From: Acholeplasmataceae bacterium
Lineage (GTDB): Bacteria; Bacillota_I; Bacilli_A; Acholeplasmatales; Acholeplasmataceae
Assembly (NCBI GenBank): GCA_963675245.1
Contig: OY775910.1
Coordinates: forward strand, 736,001-800,000
Length of the DNA stretch: 64,000 nt
Direction: 5' to 3'
Each line of letters starts with the position of its first letter. Position 1 is the first letter of the stretch. Below the pieces are notes generated by a model, which ran no database searches, was not told the DNA's origin, and worked only from the letters and a program-made list of their open reading frames with translations. Position numbers and translations under genes: made by a program. This document shows, one piece after another, positions 53,254-64,000 of the stretch.

Positions 53254-54186
53254 ATGCGTAACTTTGTTTATGGTGTTGATGTTGGTGGAACTGCTATAAA
53301 AATTGGGCTTTTCACGATCGGCATGCACCATGTTGAAAAAATAGAATTAAACACACCTAAAGAAGACCACGACACATCTGTTTTTGATATGATTATCGAA
53401 GGGATTAATATCCTTAATCAAAAAAACGGATTAAAGTTCAATGATATCGTTGGTATTGGTGTAGCAGTACCTTGCCCTATTAAAGGTGGGTATGTTGAAA
53501 AGTGTCCAAATTTATCATGGTATCAAATTAACCTCACTGAAAACTTTAAAAAGTGGGTACCAGAAGGTGTCATCGTAAGATTTGCTAATGATGCGAATAT
53601 TGCCGCCCTTGGTGAAAAATCCATGCTTTATGACATGTTTAGTGATGTTGTCTTAGTTACACTTGGTACAGGTGTTGGTGGTGGTGTGATTGTTGATGGT
53701 CACATGATTGAAGGCGCTAGGGGATCTGGCGGTGAAGTCGGACACATGAAGGTGTTTGAAACCAACGAAGTATGTGGATGTGGATCATCTGGTTGTTTAG
53801 AACAAATTGCTGGCACAAAAGGCATTTTGAATTATACAAAAGATATGATTGAAGCACATCCTGAATCAGTCTTAAAAGGAAAAGAATTTACAGTTAAAGA
53901 TGTATTTGACGCAGCTAAGCAAGGTGATAAAGCAGCAATGTATACATTCGAACGTGTCACTGATGCGTTAGCACTCGCTTTGGCGAATATCGCAATCGTC
54001 ATTGAACCGGAAATATTCATTATCGGTGGTGGTGTATCAAAAGCAGGTAATTTCTTATTAGAGTCTATTCAAGAAAAGTATAAAAAGATTGCAAGATTTA
54101 ATACAGGAGAAATAAAGTTTGCGTTAGCTGTTACTGGTAATAATGCTGGTATCATTGGGGCAGCTTTAATGATCATAGAATCTTAA
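53254..54186 (+). CDS. glcK: ROK-family glucokinase
   Basis: GVDVGGT, NDANIAALGE, TLGTGVGGG, GEVGH, CGCGSSGCLE. Confidence 0.88.
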   Translation: MRNFVYGVDVGGTAIKIGLFTIGMHHVEKIELNTPKEDHDTSVFDMIIEGINILNQKNGLKFNDIVGIGVAVPCPIKGGYVEKCPNLSWYQINLTENFKKWVPEGVIVRFANDANIAALGEKSMLYDMFSDVVLVTLGTGVGGGVIVDGHMIEGARGSGGEVGHMKVFETNEVCGCGSSGCLEQIAGTKGILNYTKDMIEAHPESVLKGKEFTVKDVFDAAKQGDKAAMYTFERVTDALALALANIAIVIEPEIFIIGGGVSKAGNFLLESIQEKYKKIARFNTGEIKFALAVTGNNAGIIGAALMIIES

Positions 54187-54206
54187 TCATTATTCGGGGG
54201 GATAAA

Positions 54207-55628
54207 ATGAAGCATATAGATGATAGTTATAGGTCACGAACACATATTGTGGTTATTGGTGACCTTTTTTCTTACCAAATTCAAGAACATCGTTTTGATG
54301 TCGTTGTGAGTCGTGTATTGGATAACATTGATACCATGCTAAACAATCACGCTTTAATGGACACTTTATTTGGTGGAGATGGTATTGATTCTTATGACAG
54401 GATTGTCATGTTTAAAAGCATATTTGATGTGAAGAAAATTAAATGTTTGATATATGAGAAACAAAAAGAAGCCATGCATGTTGGTATCATCAACATTATG
54501 AAAGAAATCTTAGATGATTTAGTATCCGTATGTCATGGTGCAACAAGTATAATCGAGGATCAAATACTACTTGATACATATAGAATTATACTTCATGAAG
54601 TAACGGTAGATGAAGTAGATGATTTATGGATAAAATTAAACACTTTTGATGTGAGATTTCTCTATCAATTAGATGATAAAATATTGGGATTCATTTTACC
54701 AAAAGCATGTATTAAGGCGCATGATTTAATGATTGCGAAGATGCTGAATATAGGGTTGATTGAAGATATACCTATTAAGCCGTTTGAACAGGACATCAGG
54801 GCTGATGCTCCTTATCATATGAACGATTTAAACGTGTATATGGAGGTAGCGGGTAACAGACATATTAAACGAATTAATCATAGCTTTTATAAGGGCATCT
54901 TTTATCATAGTGAATATGACATCATTCTCAAAGGGTTAATGATTTCAGATGAAGAGATTTATCATATGTATAGCACGTTATTCAGTGAAGTTGGTCACAC
55001 ACCTATTTTAATGAAAATTCCTACATTTACAGATCATTTTAATTTAATGATAGATCACACATTGAAAACGGAGGTTAATCAATTTTCTTTTTCACATTTA
55101 GGTCTTAAAAATTGGATATCAGGATTGGCAAAAGCCATCCAAAGATATCACCCTCATTTGGTATTTATTATTCCTCAGTTAAATAGCAAACACGATCTTG
55201 ATTTTTGGGACCATGAAATCAATGTGTTATTTATGCATTTGAAACACGATTATCAAGTAGGGATGACCATTGAAACAGAAGCGGCACTTCAGTATTGTGA
55301 AGACTTCGAGAAGTTAGAACCAGCTATTTTACTATTGGATGAGCTAATGAGCGAATATAGTGACAAACAAAATAATAAGCATATATTTCATGGCGAGTTG
55401 CGCTTCTTGATTGATGATTTGAAAGATGCACATACTATTTTTCGTTTAAAACAGATTAAATCACATATTATATCAGGTGAGGTATTAAAAGATAAAAACA
55501 CACTACGAAAGTTGATTAACATGGGGTTTAAAGAATTCGCATTAACAATCGATCAATTATGTGATGCAAGTACTGTTTTCGAGAAATGGGAAAAATCAAG
55601 AGGTAAATACAGCAAAAAGAAGAGTTAA
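54207..55628 (+). CDS. Highly divergent PTS enzyme I / PEP-utilising enzyme-like protein
   Basis: [14 protein letters not shown] resembles TSH.AI.AR.L.IP; VGMTIET resembles IGMMIET; ISGE...LINMGFKEF resembles MCGE...LLGLGLDEF. Confidence 0.55.
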   Translation: MKHIDDSYRSRTHIVVIGDLFSYQIQEHRFDVVVSRVLDNIDTMLNNHALMDTLFGGDGIDSYDRIVMFKSIFDVKKIKCLIYEKQKEAMHVGIINIMKEILDDLVSVCHGATSIIEDQILLDTYRIILHEVTVDEVDDLWIKLNTFDVRFLYQLDDKILGFILPKACIKAHDLMIAKMLNIGLIEDIPIKPFEQDIRADAPYHMNDLNVYMEVAGNRHIKRINHSFYKGIFYHSEYDIILKGLMISDEEIYHMYSTLFSEVGHTPILMKIPTFTDHFNLMIDHTLKTEVNQFSFSHLGLKNWISGLAKAIQRYHPHLVFIIPQLNSKHDLDFWDHEINVLFMHLKHDYQVGMTIETEAALQYCEDFEKLEPAILLLDELMSEYSDKQNNKHIFHGELRFLIDDLKDAHTIFRLKQIKSHIISGEVLKDKNTLRKLINMGFKEFALTIDQLCDASTVFEKWEKSRGKYSKKKS

Positions 55629-55671
55629 TCAAAATATTTTTAAAGAATATGAGGTTTATATTATAAAAGGG

Positions 55672-55836
55672 TTGCAATTACCCTTTTTATTTTATATAAT
55701 AGTAACGCTCGTGCGTATGCAGGAGAAGGCTGTGAAATGGGAGGTTGCCGGCACGCGGATAGCCGTTGTCTATGTAGCTGGGGTATTTCCATGGAGCAAG
55801 TCTATACATGATTATAGGCGAAAGGAGCTTAAAAGA
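55672..55836 (+). promoter_or_regulatory. S10 operon promoter and Firmicutes-type S10 leader RNA
   Basis: TTGCAA-17-TATAAT; GGAGGTTGC..CAC, ATTTCC..GGAG..GTCTAT leader motifs. Confidence 0.7.
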
Positions 55837-56145
55837 ATGGCAAAAGATGTTATTAAAATTCGTTTAAAGGCTTACGATCACAGATTATTAGATCAAGCTG
55901 CGAAGAAGATTGTTGACAGTGCAATCCGTACTGGTGCAGAGGTACAAGGACCAATTCCACTACCGACACAAAAAGAAATCTTCACGATCTTACGTTCACC
56001 ACACAAATATAAAGACTCACGTGAACAATTTGAACGTAGAACACACAAGCGCTTAATCCAAATTATTGATCCAAATCCAAAAACGATTAGTGCCTTGATG
56101 GATATTGATTTACCATCAGGTATTGACATTGTCTTAAAGAAATAA
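55837..56145 (+). CDS. rpsJ: 30S ribosomal protein S10
   Basis: [38 protein letters not shown]. Confidence 0.97.
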   Translation: MAKDVIKIRLKAYDHRLLDQAAKKIVDSAIRTGAEVQGPIPLPTQKEIFTILRSPHKYKDSREQFERRTHKRLIQIIDPNPKTISALMDIDLPSGIDIVLKK

Positions 56146-56181
56146 GACCAAAAGGCAAAATAAATTAAGAGAGGTAAAAAA

Positions 56182-56820
56182 ATGGCCAAAGGAATCTTAG
56201 GTAGAAAATTGGGCATGACACAAGTCTTCGACGAAAACGGTGTGTTAGTTCCAGTAACCGTAATAGACGTGGCTGACAATGTTGTTCTTCAACAAAAGAA
56301 TGTTGAAACAGACGGATACGTCGCAACACAAGTCGGTTTCGATACTAAACGGGAAAAATTAAGTAACAAGCCTGAATTAGGGCACGTGAAAAAAGCTAAT
56401 ACAGCACCTAAGCGCTTCGTAAAAGAACTCCGCTTTGATGAAGGGCTTGAAAATGAGTTGCTAAGTATAGCGGTCGGCGCGCCAGTTAGTATTGAATTAT
56501 TTAAAGCAGGCGAAACAGTTGATGTTCAAGGAACGTCAAAAGGTAAAGGGTTCGCAGGTAGTATTAAACGACACAATCAACATCGTGGACCGATGGCACA
56601 TGGTTCTAGATACCATCGTGGACCTGGTTCAATGGGACCTATCAAAGGTAACATGAAGGGTAAAAACCTTCCAGGACAAATGGGACACGAAACAGTGACC
56701 ATTCAAAACTTAAAAATTGTTAATGTTGATGTTGAAAATCAAGTGTTGTTAATCAGCGGAAGCATCCCAGGTCCTAAAAAAGGATTTGTCGTTGTTAAAT
56801 CTGCTGTGAAGGGTAATTAG
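56182..56820 (+). CDS. rplC: 50S ribosomal protein L3
   Basis: [16 protein letters not shown]. Confidence 0.97.
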   Translation: MAKGILGRKLGMTQVFDENGVLVPVTVIDVADNVVLQQKNVETDGYVATQVGFDTKREKLSNKPELGHVKKANTAPKRFVKELRFDEGLENELLSIAVGAPVSIELFKAGETVDVQGTSKGKGFAGSIKRHNQHRGPMAHGSRYHRGPGSMGPIKGNMKGKNLPGQMGHETVTIQNLKIVNVDVENQVLLISGSIPGPKKGFVVVKSAVKGN

Positions 56821-56831
56821 GAGGAACGATC

Positions 56832-57461
56832 ATGCCAAAAACAGTTTTATTAAATCAAGCAGGCAAAAAGGTCGCTGACCTTACATTATCTGATTACATA
56901 TTCGGCATTGAACCACATCAACAAGTTCTTTATGAAGTTGTTAACGCACAACGTGCAGCAATGAGACAAGGAACACATGATGTTAAGAACCGCGGCGAAG
57001 TCAGCGGTGGTGGTAGAAAGCCATGGCGTCAAAAGGGTACAGGTCGTGCTCGCCAAGGATCTACACGTTCACCACAATGGCGTCACGGTGGTGTTGTCTT
57101 CGGACCTACACCTAGAGGTTATGCAGTTAAGTTAAATCAAAAGGTTAGACAACTTGGATTACGCTCAGCGTTATCTTATCAATTTGAAAATGATCAATTG
57201 AAAGTTGTTGATGCGATTGATTTTGAAGCACCTAAAACAAAAGCATTTGTTGGATTCTTAAATGATCTTGGTGTTGAAGGTAAAGTTTTAGTCGTTGGTA
57301 AAGATTTTAGTGATGCAGTTATGTTAGCGTCAAGAAACGTACCAACAGTTAAGCTTGTTGAGGCTTCACATGTTAGCGTCTATGACCTCTTGAATTGCAA
57401 TGCGCTTGTTGTAACTAAAGATGCGGTTGCAGCATTTGAGGAGGTATTAGGTAATGACTAA
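56832..57461 (+). CDS. rplD: 50S ribosomal protein L4
   Basis: KPWRQKGTGRARQG. Confidence 0.97.
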   Translation: MPKTVLLNQAGKKVADLTLSDYIFGIEPHQQVLYEVVNAQRAAMRQGTHDVKNRGEVSGGGRKPWRQKGTGRARQGSTRSPQWRHGGVVFGPTPRGYAVKLNQKVRQLGLRSALSYQFENDQLKVVDAIDFEAPKTKAFVGFLNDLGVEGKVLVVGKDFSDAVMLASRNVPTVKLVEASHVSVYDLLNCNALVVTKDAVAAFEEVLGND

Positions 57462-57741
57462 GTATTATGATATTTTGAAGGCTCCTATTATTACGGAGCA
57501 AACAACAAAACTTATCGAAGGTTTTAATAAGTACACATTCAAAGTTGCAAGAACTGCGAATAAAGTTGAAATTAAAAAAGCAGTTGAAGTAATCTTCAAT
57601 GTTAATGTCATTTCAGTTAATACAATCAATATGAAACCTAAGAAAAAACGTGTTGGTAAGTATGAAGGGTACACACAAGCTTATAAAAAAGCGGTTGTAC
57701 AGTTAGCAGAAGGCCAAAAGATTGATGCCTTCACAATCTAA
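57454..57741 (+). CDS. rplW: 50S ribosomal protein L23
   Basis: PIITE, ANKVEIKKAVE, KKAVV.L. Confidence 0.97.
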   Translation: MTKYYDILKAPIITEQTTKLIEGFNKYTFKVARTANKVEIKKAVEVIFNVNVISVNTINMKPKKKRVGKYEGYTQAYKKAVVQLAEGQKIDAFTI

Positions 57742-57769
57742 GTGAAGAACTAGAGGAGGTTTAACCGAA

Positions 57770-58600
57770 ATGGCGGTTAAAAAATACAAAGCGACCACTA
57801 ATGGTCGTCGTAACATGAGCGTATTAACCTACGACGAAATCACAACTTCAACTCCTGAAAAATCACTACTAGAACCATTTTCTAAATCGGGCGGCAGAAA
57901 TGCGCAAGGTAAGATTACCGTTAGACATATTGGCGGTGGTCATAAAAGAAAATATCGTGTAATTGATTTCAAAAGAAGAAAAGATAATATTATTGGTAAA
58001 GTGGCAACGATCGAATACGATCCAAACCGCACAGCTAATATTGCGTTAATTAACTATGTAGATGGTGAAAAACGCTATATCATCGCACCTCAGGGATTGG
58101 TAGTTGGCCAGGAAATTCTTTCTGGTGAGCACGTCGATATTAAAGTTGGTAATGCAATGCCAATTATGAACATTCCAGTAGGTACGATTATTCACAATAT
58201 CGAACTAAGTCCTGGTAAAGGTGGACAAATCGCACGTAGTGCTGGCGCGTCTGCACAAATTCTAGGTCGTGAAGAAAAGTATGTATTAGTTCGTTTACAA
58301 TCTGGCGAAGTTAGAAAGATCTTAGGCACATGCCGTGCAACGATTGGCGTTGTTGGTAATGAGTCATGGGAACTTGTTAACATCGGTAAAGCAGGCCGTA
58401 AACGTCATATGGGCGTTAAGCCAACAGTTAGAGGATCAGTCATGAATCCAAACGATCACCCTCACGGTGGTGGTGAAGGTCGTGCACCGATCGGTAGAAA
58501 GTCACCGATGACACCTTGGGGCAAAAAAGCTCGTGGTGTTAAGACGAGAGACAGCAAAAAAGCTTCGAATGACTTAATCATTCGTCGCCGTACGAAATAG
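57770..58600 (+). CDS. rplB: 50S ribosomal protein L2
   Basis: [19 protein letters not shown]. Confidence 0.98.
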   Translation: MAVKKYKATTNGRRNMSVLTYDEITTSTPEKSLLEPFSKSGGRNAQGKITVRHIGGGHKRKYRVIDFKRRKDNIIGKVATIEYDPNRTANIALINYVDGEKRYIIAPQGLVVGQEILSGEHVDIKVGNAMPIMNIPVGTIIHNIELSPGKGGQIARSAGASAQILGREEKYVLVRLQSGEVRKILGTCRATIGVVGNESWELVNIGKAGRKRHMGVKPTVRGSVMNPNDHPHGGGEGRAPIGRKSPMTPWGKKARGVKTRDSKKASNDLIIRRRTK

Positions 58601-58613
58601 GAGGAAATGAGAC

Positions 58614-58895
58614 ATGGCACGTTCAATTAAAAAAGGACCATTCTGTGATCATCACTTACTTGAAAAAGTTCGCAAACAAAATGCAGCTAATGAAAAGAAA
58701 GTTATTCAAACTTGGTCACGCCGTTCGACGATTTTCCCTGATTTCATCGGACACACTATCGCTGTCTATAATGGCAAATCGCATGTTCCTGTCTACGTTA
58801 CTGAAGACATGGTAGGTCACAAGTTAGGTGAATTCGCACCTACACGTACATATCATGGACACAGTAAAGAAGATAAGAAAGCTAAGAAGAATTAA
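58614..58895 (+). CDS. rpsS: 30S ribosomal protein S19
   Basis: [17 protein letters not shown]. Confidence 0.98.
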   Translation: MARSIKKGPFCDHHLLEKVRKQNAANEKKVIQTWSRRSTIFPDFIGHTIAVYNGKSHVPVYVTEDMVGHKLGEFAPTRTYHGHSKEDKKAKKN

Positions 58896-58906
58896 TTGGA
58901 GGAGAA

Positions 58907-59245
58907 ATGATGGAAACGAAAGCAACAGCTAAAACCGTTCGCATTGCTCCACGTAAAGCACGTCTAGTCATTGACTTGATTCGTGGTCGCGACGTTAAAG
59001 AAGCGAAAGCCGTATTAATGTTCACACCACGTGGTGCATCACCAATTATTTTAAAGGTGTTAAACAGTGCGATAGCGAACGCAGAAAATAACGATAATGC
59101 AAATGTTGACAATTTATATGTCAAAGAATGTTATGTATCTGAAGGTGTACGTCTAAAGAGACTTTTGCCACGTGCAAAGGGTCAGGGCGACATCATTAAG
59201 AAGAGAACAAGCCACATCACTGTTGTTGTGGCAGAAAGAGAGTAG
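58907..59245 (+). CDS. rplV: 50S ribosomal protein L22
   Basis: [22 protein letters not shown]. Confidence 0.97.
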   Translation: MMETKATAKTVRIAPRKARLVIDLIRGRDVKEAKAVLMFTPRGASPIILKVLNSAIANAENNDNANVDNLYVKECYVSEGVRLKRLLPRAKGQGDIIKKRTSHITVVVAERE

Positions 59246-59255
59246 AGGTGAGCAC

Positions 59256-60029
59256 ATGGGTCAAAAAGTACATCCAGTAGGCATGCGTGTTGGCATTATC
59301 CGTAATTGGGATTCTAGATGGTATGCAGAAAAAGGTAATGTTCCTGCACTCGTCAAAGAAGACGCTGACATCCGTAAGTATATCAACACATTTTATAAAA
59401 AAGCAGCCGTTTCTCACGTCGAAATCGAACGCGTTAAAGGTAAAGGCGGTAAAGACCGTGTGAAAATCACACTACATACTGCTAAGCCTGGTATGGTCAT
59501 TGGCCGTGATGGCGTGATCAAAAAAGAAGCAGTTGGAAAACTTGAAAAACTAACTGATAAGGAAATCGTCTTATCAATTATAGAAGTGTCACACCCTGAA
59601 AGAGTTGCAACATTAGTTGCACAAAGCATTGCAGAACAACTAGAAAATCGTGCATCATTCAGACGTGTACAAAAAATTGCGATTCAACGTGCATTAAAGA
59701 GCGGCGCTAAAGGTGTTAAAACACTTGTAGCTGGTCGTCTTGGCGGTGCTGAAATCGCACGTAGTGAAGGCTATTCAGAAGGACAAGTACCACTACACAC
59801 TTTACGTGCAGACATTGATTATGCAACTGCAGAAGCACACACAACTTATGGTGTTTTAGGTATTAAAGTATGGATCTATAATGGTGAAGTATTACCTGGA
59901 CAAACACGTGAAGAAAACTTAAAGAAACAATTAGAACGCGTACCACGCGGCGGCGGAAATCGTCGTGGCAAACGCGGCGGCGGTAATAGCAACAATCAAA
60001 ACCGCGGTAACAAAGGAGGCAATAATTAA
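59256..60029 (+). CDS. rpsC: 30S ribosomal protein S3
   Basis: [30 protein letters not shown]. Confidence 0.97.
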   Translation: MGQKVHPVGMRVGIIRNWDSRWYAEKGNVPALVKEDADIRKYINTFYKKAAVSHVEIERVKGKGGKDRVKITLHTAKPGMVIGRDGVIKKEAVGKLEKLTDKEIVLSIIEVSHPERVATLVAQSIAEQLENRASFRRVQKIAIQRALKSGAKGVKTLVAGRLGGAEIARSEGYSEGQVPLHTLRADIDYATAEAHTTYGVLGIKVWIYNGEVLPGQTREENLKKQLERVPRGGGNRRGKRGGGNSNNQNRGNKGGNN

Positions 60030-60031
60030 TC

Positions 60032-60448
60032 ATGTTAATGCCTAAGAGAACAAAATTCCGTCGTCCTCATCGTGTCAGCTATGAAGGTAAGGCAAAAGGT
60101 CGTAACGAAATCCTTAATGGTGACTTCGCATTAGTCGCTTTAGAAGGTGCTTGGATTACAAACCGCCAAATCGAAGCTGCACGTATCGCGATGACGAGAC
60201 ATATGAAGAGATTGGGAAAAGTTTGGATTAATATTTTCCCGCATTTGGCAAAAACCAAAAAACCACTTGAAGTGCGTATGGGTTCCGGTAAAGGTGCTCC
60301 AGATCACTGGGTGGCAGTCGTCAAAGTTGGTAAGATTATGTTTGAAATCAATGGTGTAAGTGAAGAAATCGCAAGAGAAGCACTTCGCCTAGCTTCACAT
60401 AAACTCCCTATTAAGACGAAAATTGTCAAAAGAGGTGAGCAAGCATGA
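60032..60448 (+). CDS. rplP: 50S ribosomal protein L16
   Basis: [15 protein letters not shown]. Confidence 0.98.
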   Translation: MLMPKRTKFRRPHRVSYEGKAKGRNEILNGDFALVALEGAWITNRQIEAARIAMTRHMKRLGKVWINIFPHLAKTKKPLEVRMGSGKGAPDHWVAVVKVGKIMFEINGVSEEIAREALRLASHKLPIKTKIVKRGEQA

Positions 60449-60636
60449 CGAAAGCTAAAGAACTAAGAAAGGTCAGTACACCTGATCTTGAAAAAAGAAT
60501 CGTTGAGTTGAAGAAAGAATTATTCAACTTACGCTTTCAGCTTGCAGTAGGACAACTTGAAAATACAGCGCGTATTAGTCAAGTTAAGAAGTCAATCGCA
60601 CAGATGAAAACTATCATCGGCGAACGTACGGAATAA
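60445..60636 (+). CDS. rpmC: 50S ribosomal protein L29
   Basis: [11 protein letters not shown]. Confidence 0.97.
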   Translation: MTKAKELRKVSTPDLEKRIVELKKELFNLRFQLAVGQLENTARISQVKKSIAQMKTIIGERTE

Positions 60637-60646
60637 GGAGGATACC

Positions 60647-60907
60647 ATGGAACGTAATGCTAGAAAAGTGTTCACTGGAGTTGTGACTTCCGATAAAATG
60701 GATAAAACGATATCTGTTGAGGTAACTACATACAAAAAAGACCGTCTTTATGGGAAACGTGTTAAGGTATCCAAAAAATTCCATGCACACGATGAACAAG
60801 GTTTAGCAGTAATTGGGGACACCGTTATTATTCAAGAAACACGTCCACTTTCCAAAACTAAACGTTTCCGTTTAGTTAAAGTCGTTGCTAAAGCCGACTT
60901 GGTTTAA
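60647..60907 (+). CDS. rpsQ: 30S ribosomal protein S17
   Basis: [16 protein letters not shown]. Confidence 0.97.
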   Translation: MERNARKVFTGVVTSDKMDKTISVEVTTYKKDRLYGKRVKVSKKFHAHDEQGLAVIGDTVIIQETRPLSKTKRFRLVKVVAKADLV

Positions 60908-60921
60908 GGAGGAAATAAGCT

Positions 60922-61290
60922 ATGATACAACAGGAAACTAGAATGATGGTTGCTGATAACACTGGTGCTAAAGAAGTCTTAGTTATTAAGGTTTTAGGTG
61001 GTACTGGTCGTCGTTATGCGAATATCGGTGATATCGTCATTGTTACAGTTAAAAAAGCCACACCTGCGGGTATGGTTAAAAAGAGCGAAGTCCTTAAGGC
61101 TGTCGTCGTAAGAACTAAAAAAGGATTACGTCGTGCAGACGGATCTTATATTAAATTTGATGAAAACGCAGCAGTCATCATTCGTGATGATTTGACACCA
61201 CGTGGCACGAGAATCTTCGGTCCAGTGGCAAGAGAGTTAAGAGAAAAGAACTTTATGAAGATCGTTTCTTTAGCTCCAGAAGTACTATAA
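60922..61290 (+). CDS. rplN: 50S ribosomal protein L14
   Basis: [20 protein letters not shown]. Confidence 0.98.
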   Translation: MIQQETRMMVADNTGAKEVLVIKVLGGTGRRYANIGDIVIVTVKKATPAGMVKKSEVLKAVVVRTKKGLRRADGSYIKFDENAAVIIRDDLTPRGTRIFGPVARELREKNFMKIVSLAPEVL

Positions 61291-61297
61291 GGAGGTC

Positions 61298-61645
61298 ATG
61301 TCTATGTACATCAAAGCTGGAGATACAGTTGCAGTGATCGCAGGACGTGATCAATTCGCAGTTGATAAAAAGGGTAAAAAGACGAGAAAGACCGGCCGCG
61401 TCTTAAAAGTATTCCCAAACACAGATCGTGTAATCGTTGAGGGTGTTAATATGATGAAAAAACATCAACGTCCAACCAACGCAAATGATAAAGGCGGTAT
61501 TATTGACAGAGAAGCGCCAATCCATGTTTCAAATGTAGCGCTAATCGACCCTAAAACAGGTTTACCAACAAGAGTTGGTTATAAAGTTGTTGAAGGTAAG
61601 AAGGTTCGCTTCGCTAAAAAATCTGGCGAAGTCCTTGATAAATAG
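61298..61645 (+). CDS. rplX: 50S ribosomal protein L24
   Basis: [24 protein letters not shown]. Confidence 0.97.
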   Translation: MSMYIKAGDTVAVIAGRDQFAVDKKGKKTRKTGRVLKVFPNTDRVIVEGVNMMKKHQRPTNANDKGGIIDREAPIHVSNVALIDPKTGLPTRVGYKVVEGKKVRFAKKSGEVLDK

Positions 61646-61653
61646 GAGGTTTG

Positions 61654-62196
61654 ATGATGAGCGTAATTCAAGATAAATATGAAAAAGTAGTCAAACCCGA
61701 ATTAATTAAATCATTCGACTATTCATCAATTATGGAAGTTCCTAAAATTGAAAAGATTGTCGTAAATATGGGTATTGGCGATGCTGTATTCAATCCAAAA
61801 GTATTGGATGATGCAGTCGTTGAATTAGAACAACTTACTGGACAGAAGCCAGTCATCACTAAAGCAAGCAAATCAATCTCTAACTTCAAGTTAAGAGAAG
61901 GCATGCCAATTGGTGCTAAAGTGACACTTCGCGGTAAGAGAATGTATTACTTCCTTGAAAAGTTAATTAATGTTGCGCTTCCACGCGTGCGTGACTTTAG
62001 AGGAATTAGTTCAAATTCATTTGATGGCCGCGGTAACTATACAGTTGGTATCAGAGAACAAATTATTTTCCCTGAAATCAGCCTTGATAAAGTTAAAAAA
62101 GTTCGCGGTATGGATATTGTTATTGTAACAACGGCTAAGAGTGACCAAGAAGGTAGAGCATTATTGTCTGCACTTGGTATGCCGTTTAAGAAGTAG
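61654..62196 (+). CDS. rplE: 50S ribosomal protein L5
   Basis: [23 protein letters not shown]. Confidence 0.97.
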   Translation: MMSVIQDKYEKVVKPELIKSFDYSSIMEVPKIEKIVVNMGIGDAVFNPKVLDDAVVELEQLTGQKPVITKASKSISNFKLREGMPIGAKVTLRGKRMYYFLEKLINVALPRVRDFRGISSNSFDGRGNYTVGIREQIIFPEISLDKVKKVRGMDIVIVTTAKSDQEGRALLSALGMPFKK

Positions 62197-62206
62197 GAGG
62201 CGTATT

Positions 62207-62476
62207 ATGGCAAAAAAAGCAATGATCATTAAAAATGAGAAAAGACGTCAAGTTGCTGAACGTTATCGTGAAAAAATTGCAGAACTTAAAGCTAAAGGTG
62301 ACTATGAAGCACTTGCTAAGCTTCCAAGAAATGCATCAATGACACGTGTACGTAATCGCGATGCTATTGATGGACGTCCACGTGCCTATATGCGCAAGTT
62401 TGGCTTATCTCGCTTGAAGTTCCGTGACTTAGCTCACAAAGGTGAACTTCCAGGCGTTAAAAAAGCAAGTTGGTAA
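62207..62476 (+). CDS. rpsN: 30S ribosomal protein S14, 89-aa Zn-independent type
   Basis: MAKKAMI...LPRNAS..R.RNRD..DGRPR...[11 protein letters not shown]; no Cys. Confidence 0.95.
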   Translation: MAKKAMIIKNEKRRQVAERYREKIAELKAKGDYEALAKLPRNASMTRVRNRDAIDGRPRAYMRKFGLSRLKFRDLAHKGELPGVKKASW

Positions 62477-62491
62477 GAAGGAGGAACTAAC

Positions 62492-62890
62492 ATGGTTATG
62501 ACTGATCCAATTGCTGATATGCTAACGCGTATCAGAAATGCTAACAGAATGCGTCATGCAGTTGTTGAGATGCCGGCTTCAAGACTTAAATCAGACATTT
62601 TGGCTGTTTTAAAGAAAGAAGGGTTCATCGTCAACTACCAAACTGAACAAGATGGAGCATTTAGCAAAATTGTTGTCACATTAAAGTACACAGACACTAA
62701 AGAACGTGTTATTAAAGGATTAAAGCGGATATCGAAACCAGGCCTTCGCATCTACACAAATGTAGGTGATTTACCAAAGGTGCTTAATGGTTTAGGTGTT
62801 GCATTAATCTCAACATCAAAAGGTATTATGACAGATCGTGAAGCGCGCTTGGCCCAAGTTGGTGGCGAAGTATTAGCGTACGTCTGGTAA
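62492..62890 (+). CDS. rpsH: 30S ribosomal protein S8
   Basis: [19 protein letters not shown]. Confidence 0.98.
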   Translation: MVMTDPIADMLTRIRNANRMRHAVVEMPASRLKSDILAVLKKEGFIVNYQTEQDGAFSKIVVTLKYTDTKERVIKGLKRISKPGLRIYTNVGDLPKVLNGLGVALISTSKGIMTDREARLAQVGGEVLAYVW

Positions 62891-62905
62891 TAGAAGGAGG
62901 AAATT

Positions 62906-63445
62906 ATGTCACGCATAGGTAATAAGGTGATTCAAGTTCCTGCTGGCGTTACCGTCACGATTAGTCCTGAAAACTTTGTTGAAGTTAAAGGACCTAAAGG
63001 TCAACTTGAATCTCAATTCAATCAATCATTAAAGATGACGTTAAATGGTACTGAACTTTTAGTTGAAAGACCAAATAACGATATCTTTACAAGAAAAATC
63101 CATGGCACAACAAGAGCATTATTAAATAATATGGTCGAAGGTGTCACAAATGGATTTAAGAAACAATTAGAAATCCGCGGTGTTGGTTACCGTGCACAAT
63201 TGCAAGGTAACACAGTCGTTCTTCAAATGGGATTCTCACATCCTGTGGAATTACCAATCCCTGAAGGTGTTACGGTTACACTACCTAAAAACACTGATGT
63301 GATCGTTGAAGGTATCGACAAACAAGTCGTCGGAGAGTTTGCAGCAAAAATTAGAAGCGTTAAAAAACCAGAACCTTACCTCGGAAAAGGTATTCGCTAT
63401 GTTGGTGAATATGTCTACCGTAAGGCTGGTAAAACTGCTAAATAA
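62906..63445 (+). CDS. rplF: 50S ribosomal protein L6
   Basis: [22 protein letters not shown]. Confidence 0.98.
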   Translation: MSRIGNKVIQVPAGVTVTISPENFVEVKGPKGQLESQFNQSLKMTLNGTELLVERPNNDIFTRKIHGTTRALLNNMVEGVTNGFKKQLEIRGVGYRAQLQGNTVVLQMGFSHPVELPIPEGVTVTLPKNTDVIVEGIDKQVVGEFAAKIRSVKKPEPYLGKGIRYVGEYVYRKAGKTAK

Positions 63446-63460
63446 GGAGATGAATGATTT

Positions 63461-63814
63461 ATGATAAAAAAACAATCTAAGAATGTCTCACGTCATAAGC
63501 GTCATCTTCGTATTCGCAAAACCATAAAAGGTACTGCAGAACGTCCAAGACTTTCAGTCTATCGTTCTAATACGGCGATTTATACGCAATTAATTGACGA
63601 TGTGAATCAAACAACATTATTCGCGGCTGATAGTCGTGAAGCAGGTCTTGCACATTCAAATGTTGAATCTGCAAAGGCAGTAGGTAAGCTCATCGCAGAG
63701 AAGGCTTTAGCTAAAGGCATTGAACAAGTAGTATTTGATCGTAGTGGTTATTTATACCATGGTCGTATTAAAGCACTTGCTGATGCTGCACGCGAAGCTG
63801 GACTCAAATTTTAA
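63461..63814 (+). CDS. rplR: 50S ribosomal protein L18
   Basis: [21 protein letters not shown]. Confidence 0.98.
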   Translation: MIKKQSKNVSRHKRHLRIRKTIKGTAERPRLSVYRSNTAIYTQLIDDVNQTTLFAADSREAGLAHSNVESAKAVGKLIAEKALAKGIEQVVFDRSGYLYHGRIKALADAAREAGLKF

Positions 63815-63828
63815 GGGAGGCAAACGAC

Positions 63829-64000
63829 ATGGCAAAAAATTATAAACGTAATGATGAACCACAAGAAAAGCAATACGAAGAACGCGTCGTTGCCATTAAC
63901 CGTGTAACGAAAGTTGTTAAAGGTGGACGTCGTTTCCGCTTTGCAGCACTCGTTGTAATTGGTAATGGTCAAGGCCAAGTAGGATTTGGTACTGGTAAAG
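63829..64000 (+). CDS. rpsE: 30S ribosomal protein S5, 3'-truncated by window edge
   Basis: [23 protein letters not shown]. Confidence 0.95.
   Translation, partial: MAKNYKRNDEPQEKQYEERVVAINRVTKVVKGGRRFRFAALVVIGNGQGQVGFGTGK

Noticed and set aside
55561..55836. N-terminal extension of S10 (194-aa ORF), and similar extensions of glyA, rpsC, rpsN
   Set aside because: Clear RBS and family-typical starts lie downstream; the extensions cover promoter or leader sequence.

Overview
Low-GC chromosomal window from an Acholeplasmatales-like mollicute (inferred from the 16S sequence, tRNA-Tyr upstream of the rRNA operon, and standard genetic code with TGA stops). Housekeeping content: dusB end, tRNA-Ser, hflX, fhs-folD, a guanine-type purine riboswitch before ppa, glyA coupled to an unusual rnf/apbE flavinylation locus, rpmE-tdk-tadA-SRP RNA, tkt-mnmG-rsmG, a complete rRNA operon with an 11-tRNA cluster, degV-fabT-like, glucokinase, a divergent PTS enzyme I-like gene and the S10-spc operon. 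A complete ISL3 element has rewritten the C-terminus of an ABC permease. The most striking feature begins at the last tRNA of the cluster (tRNA-Phe, 36658-36733): an approximately 12-kb tandem array of unrelated, mostly single-gene cassettes. Each is preceded by a copy of the tRNA-Phe 3' half plus its terminator and carries a non-tRNA motif (TGYATGAAAC) just left of the anticodon loop, and most have a promoter at a fixed distance. The most distal copies are the most decayed. No integrase is encoded in the window. It looks like an integron-like, tRNA-anchored cassette system; the mechanism is inference. All alignments and distances were counted by eye.
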